Assembly: GCA_964057225.1 (NCBI GenBank) | Contig: OZ059900.1 | Span: forward strand, 20,584,001-20,648,000 | Source of the DNA: Auanema rhodensis | Lineage: Eukaryota > Animalia > Nematoda | Reading direction: 5' to 3' | DNA: 64,000 nt | Part shown: piece by piece, positions 53,301-64,000 of the stretch | Layout of the letters: each line of letters opens with the position of its first letter | Numbering within the stretch: position 1 is the stretch's first letter | Program-made: the position numbers and the translations under genes | Notes under the pieces: generated by a model | The model's input: the letters and a program-made list of their open reading frames with translations, nothing else | Databases searched by the model: none | Told to the model about the DNA's origin: nothing

Positions 53301-56000
53301 CGATTTCATGTGTTCAAACTCATGCAATGTCAATGAAACCTAGCTCAAAATTGTTCGTACAACGTCTAGTTCCACTTTCACGACAAAAAAACAGGGGTTA
53401 GAAAATTTAGGAAATTAGCATATTCTGAGGGCACGCCCCTTATGGCTAATATTGATTAAATCGATTTTTGTTCATATGAGTCGTCAAATGCAACGAATTT
53501 CAGCGTGTTACATACTAAAATGAAGCATTTTACATGCTGAACATTAGAAAAATACAAAAACACAGTTTTTCCCATGAGAAATATTTTATTATGCTGGAAA
53601 ACCAGTTTTTGGAAATTTCGCTGTAAACAAGGTTTGACTTACGATTTCATGTGTTCAAACTCATGCAATGTCAATGAAACCTAGCTCAAAATTGTTCGTA
53701 CAACGTCTAGTTCCACTTTCACGACAAAAAAACAGGGGTTAGAAAATTTAGGAAATTAGCATATTCTGAGGGCACGCCCCTTATGGCTAATATTGATTAA
53801 ATCGATTTTTGTTCATATGAGTCGTCAAATGCAACGAATTTCAGCGTGTTACATACTGAAATGAAGTATTTTACATGCTGAACACTAGAAAAATACAAAA
53901 ACACAGTATTTCCCATGAGAAATATTTTATTATGCTGGAAAACCAGTTTTTGGAAATTTCGCTGTAAACAAGGTTTTGACTTACGATTTCATGTGTTCAA
54001 ACTCATGCAATGTCAATGAAACCTAGCTCAAAATTGTTTGTACAACGTCTAGTTCCACTTTCACGACAAAAAAACAGGGGTTAGAAAATTAAGGAAATTA
54101 GCATATTCTGAGGGCACGCCCCTTATGGCTAATATTGATTTAAACGATTTTTGTTCATATGAGTAGTCAAATGCAACGAATTTCAGCGTGTTACATACTA
54201 AAATGAAGCATTTCACATGCTGAACACTAGAAAAATACAAAAACACAGTATTTCCCATGAGAAATATTTTATTATGCTGGAAAACCAGTTTTTGGAAATT
54301 TCGCTGTAAACAAGGTTTGACTTACGATTTCATGTGTTCAAACTCATGCAATGTCAATGAAACCTAGCTCAAAATTGTTCGTACAACGTCTAGTTCCACT
54401 TTCACGACAAAAAAACAGGGGTTAGAAAATTTAGGAAATTAGCATATTCTGAGGGCACGCCCCTTATGGCTAATATTGATTAAATCGATTTTTGTTCATA
54501 TGAGTCGTCAAATGCAACGAATTTCAGCGTGTTACATACTAAAATGAAGCATTTTACATGCTGAACATTAGAAAAATACAAAAACACAGTTTTTCCCATG
54601 AGAAATATTTTATTATGCTGGAAAACCAGTTTTTGGAAATTTCGCTGTAAACAAGGTTTGACTTACGATTTCATGTGTTCAAACTCATGCAATGTCAATG
54701 AAACCTAGCTCAAAATTGTTCGTACAACGTCTAGTTCCACTTTCACGACAAAAAAACAGGGGTTAGAAAATTTAGGAAATTAGCATATTCTGAGGGCACG
54801 CCCCTTATGGCTAATATTGATTAAATCGATTTTTGTTCATATGAGTCGTCAAATGCAACGAATTTCAGCGTGTTACATACTAAAATGAAGTATTTTACAT
54901 GCTGAACACTAGAAAAATACAAAAACACAGTATTTCCCATGAGAAATATTTTATTATGCTGGAAAACCAGTTTTTGGACATTTCGCTGTAAACAAGGTTT
55001 TGACTTACGATTTCATGTGTTCAAACTCATGCAATGTCAATGAAACCTAGCTCAAAATTGTTCCTACAACGTCTAGTTCCACTTTCACGACAAAAAACAG
55101 GGGTTAGAAAATTAAGGAAATTAGCATATTCTGAGGGCACGCCCCTTATGGCTAATATTGATTAAATCGATTTTTGTTCATATGAGTCGTCAAATGCAAC
55201 GAATTTCAGCGTGTTACATACTAAAATGAAGCATTTTACATGCTGAACATTAGAAAAATACAAAAACACAGTTTTTCCCATGAGAAATATTTTATTATGC
55301 TTGAAAACCAGTTTTTGGAAATTTCGCTGTAAACAAGGTTTTGACTTACGATTTCATGTGTTCAAACTCATGCAATGTCAATGAAACCTAGCTCAAAATT
55401 GTTCGTACAACGTCTAGTTCCACTTTCACGACAAAAAAACAGGGGTTAGAAAATTAAGGAAATTAGCATATTCTGAGGGCACGCCCCTTATGGCTAATAT
55501 TGATTTAAACGATTTTTGTTCATATGAGTAGTCAAATGCAACGAATTTCAGCGTGTTACATACTAAAATGAAGCATTTCACATGCTGAACACTAGAAAAA
55601 TACAAAAACACAGTATTTCCCATGAGAAATATTTTATTATGCTGGAAAACCAGTTTTTGGAAATTTCGCTGTAAACAAGGTTTGACTTACGATTTCATGT
55701 GTTCAAACTCATGCAATGTCAATGAAACCTAGCTCAAAATTGTTCGTACAACGTCTAGTTCCACTTTCACGACAAAAAAACAGGGGTTAGAAAATTTAGG
55801 AAATTAGCATATTCTGAGGGCACGCCCCTTATGGCTAATATTGATTAAATCGATTTTTGTTCATATGAGTCGTCAAATGCAACGAATTTCAGCGTGTTAC
55901 ATACTAAAATGAAGCATTTTACATGCTGAACATTAGAAAAATACAAAAACACAGTTTTTCCCATGAGAAATATTTTATTATGCTGGAAAACCAGTTTTTG
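47400..56000 (-). repeat. 15-monomer higher-order repeat, 5121-bp period, partial second copy (boundaries approximate)
   Basis: Variant monomers at 47574/52695, 48940/54061 and 50305/55426 are each 5121 bp apart. Confidence 0.8.
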
Positions 56001-57482
56001 GAAATTTCGCTGTAAACAAGGTTTGACTTACGATTTCATGTGTTCAAACTCATGCAATGTCAATGAAACCTAGCTCAAAATTGTTCGTACAACGTCTAGT
56101 TCCACTTTCACGACAAAAAAACAGGGGTTAGAAAATTTAGGAAATTAGCATATTCTGAGGGCACGCCCCTTATGGCTAATATTGATTAAATCGATTTTTG
56201 TTCATATGAGTCGTCAAATGCAACGAATTTCAGCGTGTTACATACTAAAATGAAGTATTTTACATGCTGAACACTAGAAAAATACAAAAACACAGTATTT
56301 CCCATGAGAAATATTTTATTATGCTGGAAAACCAGTTTTTGGACATTTCGCTGTAAACAAGGTTTTGACTTACGATTTCATGTGTTCAAACTCATGCAAT
56401 GTCAATGAAACCTAGCTCAAAATTGTTCCTACAACGTCTAGTTCCACTTTCACGACAAAAAAACAGGGGTTAGAAAATTAAGGAAATTAGCATATTCTGA
56501 GGGCACGCCCCTTATGGCTAATATTGATTAAATCGATTTTTGTTCATATGAGTCGTCAAATGCAACGAATTTCAGCGTGTTACATACTAAAATGAAGCAT
56601 TTTACATGCTGAACACTGAAAAAATACAAAAACACAGTATTTCCCATGAGAAATATTTTATTATGCTGGAAAACCAGTTTTTGGAAATTTCGCTGTAAAC
56701 AAGGTTTTGACTTACGATTTCATGTGTTCAAACTCATGCAATGTCAACGAAACCTAGCTCAAAATTGTTCGTACAACGTCTAGTTCCACTTTCACGACAA
56801 AAAAACAGGGGTTAGAAAATTAAGGAAATTAGCATATTCTGAGGGCACGCCCCTTATGGCTAATATTGATTAAATCGATTTTTGTTCATATGAGTCGTCA
56901 AATGCAACGAATTTCAGCGTGTTACATACTAAAATGAAGCATTTTACATGCTGAACACTAGAAAAATACAAAAACACAGTATTTCCCACGAGAAATATTT
57001 TATTATGCTGGAAAACCAGTTTTTGGAAATTTCGCTGTAAACAAGGTTTTGACTTACGATTTCATGTGTTCAAACTCATGCAATGTCAATGAAACCTAGC
57101 TCAAAATTGTTCGTACAACGTCTAGTTCCACTTTCACGACAAAAAAACAGGGGTTAGAAAGTTAAGGAAATTAGCATATTCTGAGGGCACGCCCCTTATG
57201 GCTAATATTGATTAAATCGATTTTTGTTCATATGAGTCGTCAAATGCAACGAATTTCAGCGTGTTACATACTAAAATGAAGCATTTTACATGCTGAACAC
57301 TAGAAAAATACAAAAACACAGTATTTCCCATGAGAAATATTTTATTATGCTGGAAAACCAGTTTTTGGAAATTTCGCTGTAAACAAGGTTTTGACTTACG
57401 ATTTCATGTGTTCAAACTCATGCAATGTCAATGAAACCTAGTTCAAAATTGTTCGTACAACGTCTAGTTCCACTTTCACGAC

Positions 57483-57514
57483 AAAAAAACAGGGGTTAAA
57501 AAAAACAGGGGTTA
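57483..57514 (-). repeat. 16-bp tandem duplication within a monomer, copy 1
   Basis: AAAAAAACAGGGGTTA occurs twice in tandem. Confidence 0.92.
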
Positions 57515-59892
57515 GAAAATTAAGGAAATTAGCATATTCTGAGGGCACGCCCCTTATGGCTAATATTGATTAAATCGATTTTTGTTCATATGAGTCGTCA
57601 AATGCAGCGAATTTCAGCTTGTTACATACTAAAATGAAGCATTTTACATGCTGAACACTAGAAAAATACAAAAACACAGTATTTCCCATGAGAAATATTT
57701 TATTATGCTGGAAAACCAGTTTTTGGAAATTTCGCTGTAAACAAGGTTTTGACTTACGATTTCATGTGTTCAAACTCATGCAATGTCAACGAAACCTAGC
57801 TCAAAATTGTTCGTACAACGTCTAGTTCCACTTTCACGACAAAAAAACAGGGGTTAGAAAATTAAGGAAATTAGCATATTCTGAGGGCACGCCCCTTATG
57901 GCTAATATTGATTAAATCGATTTTTGTTCATATGAGTCGTCAAATGCAACGAATTTCAGCGTGTTACATACTAAAATGAAGCATTTTACATGCTGAACAC
58001 TAGAAAAATACAAAAACACAGTATTTCCCACGAGAAATATTTTATTATGCTGGAAAACCAGTTTTAGGAAATTTCGCTGTGAACAAGGTTTTGACTTACG
58101 ATTTCATGTGTTCAAACTCATGCAATGTCAATGAAACCTAGTTCAAAATTGTTCGTACAACGTCTAGTTCCACTTTCACGACAAAAAAACAGGGGTTAGA
58201 AAATTAAGGAAATTAGCATATTCTGAGGGCACGCCCCTTATGGCTAATATTGATTAAATCGATTTTTGTTCATATGAGTCGTCAAATGCAACGAATTTCA
58301 GCGTGTTACATACTAAAATGAAGCATTTTACATGCTGAACACTAGAAAAATACAAAAACACAGTATTTCCCACGAGAAATATTTTATTATGCTGGAAAAC
58401 CAGTTTTTGGAAATTTCGCTGTAAACAAGGTTTTGACTTACGATTTCATGTGTTCAAACTCATGCAATGTCAATGAAACCTAGCTCAAAATTGTTCGTAC
58501 AACGTCTAGTTCCACTTTCACGACAAAAAAACAGGGGTTAGAAAATTAAGGAAATTAGCATATTCTGAGGGCACGCCCCTTATGGCTAATATTGATTAAA
58601 TCGATTTTTGTTCATATGAGTCGTCAAATGCAACGAATTTCAGCGTGTTACATACTAAAATGAAGCATTTTACATGCTGAACACTAGAAAAATACAAAAA
58701 CACAGTATTTCCCATTAGAAATATTTTATTATGCTGGAAAACCAGTTTTAGGAAATTTCGCTGTAAACAAGGTTTTGACTTACGATTTCATGTGTTCAAA
58801 CTCATGCAATGTCAATGAAACCTAGTTCAAAATTGTTCGTACAACGTCTAGTTCCACTTTCACGACAAAAAAACAGGGGTTAGAAAATTAAGGAAATTAG
58901 CATATTCTGAGGGCACGCCCCTTATGGCTAATATTGATTAAATCGATTTTTGTTCATATGAGTCGTCAAATGCAACGAATTTCAGCGTGTTACATACTAA
59001 AATGAAGCATTTTACATGCTGAACACTAGAAAAATACAAAAACACAGTATTTCCCACGAGAAATATTTTATTATGCTGGAAAACCAGTTTTAGGAAATTT
59101 CGCTGTGAACAAGGTTTTGACTTACGATTTCATGTGTTCAAACTCATGCAATGTCAATGAAACCTAGCTCAAAATTGTTCGTACAACGTCTAGTTCCACT
59201 TTCACGACAAAAAAACAGGGGTTAGAAAATTAAGGAAATTAGCATATTCTGAGGGCACGCCCCTTATGGCTAATATTGATTAAATCGATTTTTGTTCATA
59301 TGAGTCGTCAAATGCAACGAATTTCAGCGTGTTACATACTAAAATGAAGCATTTTACATGCTGAACACTAGAAAAATACAAAAACACAGTATTTCCCACG
59401 AGAAATATTTTATTATGCTGGAAAACCAGTTTTTGGAAATTTCGCTGTAAACAAGGTTTTGACTTACGATTTCATGTGTTCAAACTCATGCAATGTCAAT
59501 GAAACCTAGCTCAAAATTGTTCGTACAACGTCTAGTTCCACTTTCACGACAAAAAAACAGGGGTTAGAAAATTAAGGAAATTAGCATATTCTGAGGGCAC
59601 GCCCCTTATGGCTAATATTGATTAAATCGATTTTTGTTCATATGAGTCGTCAAATGCAACGAATTTCAGCGTGTTACATACTAAAATGAAGCATTTTACA
59701 TGCTGAACACTAGAAAAATACAAAAACACAGTATTTCCCATGAGAAATATTTTATTATGCTGGAAAACCAGTTTTTGGAAATTTCGCTGTAAACAAGGTT
59801 TTGACTTACGATTTCATGTGTTCAAACTCATGCAATGTCAATGAAACCTAGTTCAAAATTGTTCGTACAACGTCTAGTTCCACTTTCACGAC

Positions 59893-59924
59893 AAAAAAAC
59901 AGGGGTTAAAAAAAACAGGGGTTA
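59893..59924 (-). repeat. 16-bp tandem duplication, copy 2
   Basis: Same duplication 2410 bp (7x342+16) downstream, with the same linked variants GCAGCGAATTTCAGCTTG and CCTAGTTC. Confidence 0.92.
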
Positions 59925-61104
59925 GAAAATTAAGGAAATTAGCATATTCTGAGGGCACGCCCCTTATGGCTAATATTGATTAAATCGATTTTTGTTCATA
60001 TGAGTCGTCAAATGCAGCGAATTTCAGCTTGTTACATACTAAAATGAAGCATTTTACATGCTGAACACTAGAAAAATACAAAAACACAGTATTTCCCATG
60101 AGAAATATTTTATTATGCTGGAAAACCAGTTTTTGGAAATTTCGCTGTAAACAAGGTTTTGACTTACGATTTCATGTGTTCAAACTCATGCAATGTCAAT
60201 GAAACCTAGCTCAAAATTGTTCGTACAACGTCTAGTTCCACTTTCACGACAAAAAAACAGGGGTTAGAAAATTAAGGAAATTAGCATATTCTGAGGGCAC
60301 GCCCCTTAAGGCTAATATTGATTAAATCGATTTTTGTTCATATGAGTCGTCAAATGCAACGAATTTCAGCGTGTTACATACTAAAATGAAGCATTTTACA
60401 TGCTGAACACTAGAAAAATACAAAAACACAGTATTTCCCATGAGAAATATTTTATTATGCTGGAAAACCAGTTTTTGGAAATTTCGCTGTAAACAAGGTT
60501 TTGACTTACGATTTCATGTGTTCAAACTCATGCAATGTCAATGAAACCTAGCTTAAAATTGTTCGTACAACGTCTAGTTCCACTTTCACGACAAAAAAAC
60601 AGGGGTTAGAAAATTAAGGAAATTAGCATATTCTGAGGGCACGCCCCTTATGGCTAATATTGATTAAATCGACTTTTGTTCATATGAGTCGTCAAATGCA
60701 ACGAATTTCAGCGTGTTACATACTAAAATGAAGCATTTTACATGCTGAACACTGAAAAAATACAAAAACACAGTATTTCCCATGAGAAATATTTTATTAT
60801 GCTGGAAAACCAGTTTTTGGAAATTTCGCTGTAAACAAGGTTTTGACTTACGATTTCATGTGTTCAAACTCATGCAATGTCAACGAAACCTAGCTCAAAA
60901 TTGTTCGTACAACGTCTAGTTCCACTTTCACGACAAAAAAACAGGGGTTAGAAAATTAAGGAAATTAGCATATTCTGAGGGCACGCCCCTTATGGCTAAT
61001 ATTGATTAAATCGATTTTTGTTCATATGAGTCGTCAAATGCAACGAATTTCAGCGTGTTACATACTAAAATGAAGCATTTTACATGCTGAACACTAGAAA
61101 AATA

Positions 61105-61230
61105 CAAAATTGACATTGCATGAGTTTGAACACATGAAATCGTAAGTCAAAACCTTGTTTACAGCGAAATTTCCAAAAACTGGTTTTCCAGCATAATAAA
61201 ATATTTCTCGTGGGAAATACTGTGTTTTTG
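61105..61230. other. Orientation-switch junction 2 (fold-back); inverted arms separated by 116 bp
   Basis: The join is ...TACAAAA|TTGACATTG... with at most 1 bp of microhomology. CAAAA (61105-61109) pairs with TTTTG (61226-61230), so the spacer is 61110-61225. Confidence 0.93.
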
Positions 61231-64000
61231 TATTTTTCTAGTGTTCAGCATGTAAAATGCTTCATTTTAGTATGTAACACGCTGAAATTCGTTGCATTTG
61301 ACGACTCATATGAACAAAAATCGATTTAATCAATATTAGCCATAAGGGGCGTGCCCTCAGAATATGCTAATTTCCTTAATTTTCTAACCCCTGTTTTTTT
61401 GTCGTGAAAGTGGAACTAGACGTTGTACGAACAATTTTGAGCTAGGTTTCGTTGACATTGCATGAGTTTGAACACATGAAATCGTAAGTCAAAACCTTGT
61501 TTACAGCGAAATTTCCAAAAACTGGTTTTCCAGCATAATAAAATATTTCTCATGGGAAATACTGTGTTTTTGTATTTTTTCAGTGTTCAGCATGTAAAAT
61601 GCTTCATTTTCGTATGTAACACGCTGAAATTCGTTGCATTTGACGACTCATATGAACAAAAGTCGATTTAATCAATATTAGCCATAAGGGGCGTGCCCTC
61701 AGAATATGCTAATTTCCTTAATTTTCTAACCCCTGTTTTTTTGTCGTGAAAGTGGAACTAGACGTTGTACGAACAATTTTAAGCTAGGTTTCATTGACAT
61801 TGCATGAGTTTGAACACATGAAATCGTAAGTCAAAACCTTGTTTACAGCGAAATTTCCAAAAACTGGTTTTCCAGCATAATAAAATATTTCTCATGGGAA
61901 ATACTGTGTTTTTGTATTTTTCTAGTGTTCAGCATGTAAAATGCTTCATTTTAGTATGTAACACGCTGAAATTCGTTGCATTTGACGACTCATATGAACA
62001 AAAATCGATTTAATCAATATTAGCCTTAAGGGGCGTGCCCTCAGAATATGCTAATTTCCTTAATTTTCTAACCCCTGTTTTTTTGTCGTGAAAGTAGAAC
62101 TAGACGTTGTACGAACAATTTTGAGCTAGGTTTCGTTGACATTGCATGAGTTTGAACACATGAAATCGTAAGTCAAAACCTTGTTTACAGCGAAATTTCC
62201 AAAAACTGGTTTTCCAGCATAATAAAATATTTCTCGTGGGAAATACTGTGTTTTTGTATTTTTCTAGTGTTCAGCATGTAAAATGCTTCATTTTAGTATG
62301 TAACACGCTGAAATTCGTTGCATTTGACGACTCATATGAACAAAAATCGATTTAATCAATATTAGCCATAAGGGGCGTGCCCTCAGAATATGCTAATTTC
62401 CTTAATTTTCTAACCCCTGTTTTTTTGTCGTGAAAGTGGAACTAGACGTTGTACGAACAATTTTGAGCTAGGTTTCGTTGACATTGCATGAGTTTGAACA
62501 CATGAAATCGTAAGTCAAAACCTTGTTTACAGCGAAATTTCCAAAAACTGGTTTTCCAGCATAATAAAATATTTCTCATGGGAAATACTGTGTTTTTGTA
62601 TTTTTTCAGTGTTCAGCATGTAAAATGCTTCATTTTCGTATGTAACACGCTGAAATTCGTTGCATTTGACGACTCATATGAACAAAAGTCGATTTAATCA
62701 ATATTAGCCATAAGGGGCGTGCCCTCAGAATATGCTAATTTCCTTAATTTTCTAACCCCTGTTTTTTTGTCGTGAAAGTGGAACTAGACGTTGTACGAAC
62801 AATTTTAAGCTAGGTTTCATTGACATTGCATGAGTTTGAACACATGAAATCGTAAGTCAAAACCTTGTTTACAGCGAAATTTCCAAAAACTGGTTTTCCA
62901 GCATAATAAAATATTTCTCATGGGAAATACTGTGTTTTTGTATTTTTCTAGTGTTCAGCATGTAAAATGCTTCATTTTAGTATGTAACACGCTGAAATTC
63001 GTTGCATTTGACGACTCATATGAACAAAAATCGATTTAATCAATATTAGCCTTAAGGGGCGTGCCCTCAGAATATGCTAATTTCCTTAATTTTCTAACCC
63101 CTGTTTTTTTGTCGTGAAAGTAGAACTAGACGTTGTACGAACAATTTTGAGCTAGGTTTCGTTGACATTGCATGAGTTTGAACACATGAAATCGTAAGTC
63201 AAAACCTTGTTTACAGCGAAATTTCCAAAAACTGGTTTTCCAGCATAATAAAATATTTCTCATGGGAAATACTGTGTTTTTGTATTTTTCCAGTGTTCAG
63301 CATGTAAAATGCTTCATTTTAGTATGTAACACGCTGAAATTCGTTGCATTTGACGACTCATATGAACAAAAATCGATTTAATCAATATTAGCCATAAGGG
63401 GCGTGCCCTCAGAATATGCTAATTTCCTTAATTTTCTAACCCCTGTTTTTTTGTCGTGAAAGTGGAACTAGACGTTGTACGAACAATTTTGAGCTAGGTT
63501 TCGTTGACATTGCATGAGTTTGAACACATGAAATCGTAAGTCAAAACCTTGTTTACAGCGAAATTTCCAAAAACTGGTTTTCCAGCATAATAAAATATTT
63601 CTCATGGGAAATACTGTGTTTTTGTATTTTTCCAGTGTTCAGCATGTAAAATGCTTCATTTTAGTATGTAACACGCTGAAATTCGTTGCATTTGACGACT
63701 CATATGAACAAAAATCGATTTAATCAATATTAGCCATAAGGGGCGTGCCCTCAGAATATGCTAATTTCCTTAATTTTCTAACCCCTGTTTTTTTGTCGTG
63801 AAAGTGGAACTAGACGTTGTACGAACAATTTTGAGCTAGGTTTCATTGACATTGCATGAGTTTGAACACATGAAATCGTAAGTCAAAACCTTGTTTACAG
63901 CGAAATTTCCAAAAACTGGTTTTCCAGCATAATAAAATATTTCTCATGGGAAATACTGTGTTTTTGTATTTTTCTAGTGTTCAGCATGTAAAATGCTTCA
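61110..64000 (+). repeat. Satellite block C, forward orientation, about 8.5 monomers
   Basis: The forward monomer resumes at (A)TTGACATTGCATGAG at 61109/61110. Confidence 0.97.
61150..63200 (+). repeat. 3-monomer higher-order repeat, 1026-bp period, 2 copies
   Basis: Variant pairs at 61210/62236, 61611/62637, 61662/62688, 61781/62807, 62026/63052 and 62096/63122. Confidence 0.9.

Larger units (their letters stand above)
20378..61109 (-). repeat. Satellite block B, reverse orientation, about 119 monomers
   Basis: From CTAGTTCCACTTTCACGAC (20378) the sequence is the reverse complement of the monomer, ending at ...GAAAAATACAAAA (61109). Confidence 0.97.
1..64000. repeat. Satellite DNA array, 342-bp monomer, about 187 copies; continues beyond both window edges
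   Basis: CAAAAACTGG at position 1 recurs at 343, and the unit repeats to the end with no unique sequence. Copies differ by a few substitutions or 1-bp homopolymer indels. The consensus has 115/342 G+C by hand count. Confidence 0.99.

Noticed and set aside
24099-55623. 21 near-identical 61-65 aa minus-strand ORFs (MRNTVFLYFSS...)
   Set aside because: They appear only in monomers with the GATTTAAACG variant, which removes a TAA stop present in most copies. There is no recognisable domain or gene context, and their spacing simply tracks the HOR structure.
20378-61109. Transposon with terminal inverted repeats or a recombinase-invertible segment
   Set aside because: There is no transposase or recombinase, no target-site duplication and no shared crossover site, and the two junctions fall at different monomer phases.
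1-64000. CRISPR array or integron-like cassette array
   Set aside because: There are no unique spacers or cassettes; the full 342 bp is repeated.

Overview
The whole 64-kb window is one non-coding, AT-rich tandem satellite array of the eukaryotic centromeric/heterochromatic type. The monomer is 342 bp, about 34% GC by hand count, with roughly 187 very similar copies. I see no genes, RNA genes, transposons or CRISPR arrays, and the predicted ORFs are by-products of satellite variants. The array switches orientation twice (about 20370-20380 and 61109-61110), giving blocks of about 60, 119 and 8.5 monomers. Diagnostic variants indicate two independent fold-back (inverted duplication) junctions rather than the ends of one inversion. 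At the second junction, five private variants sit in exact mirror positions. Local higher-order repeats (periods of 3 to 28 monomers) succeed one another along the array. Structural variants are a 48-bp deletion, a 63-bp duplication (4 copies) and a 16-bp duplication (2 copies). The monomer is rich in dyads and may be a diverged dimer of about 171 bp. The species and satellite family cannot be identified without a search. Strand labels are relative to the monomer as it reads at position 1.
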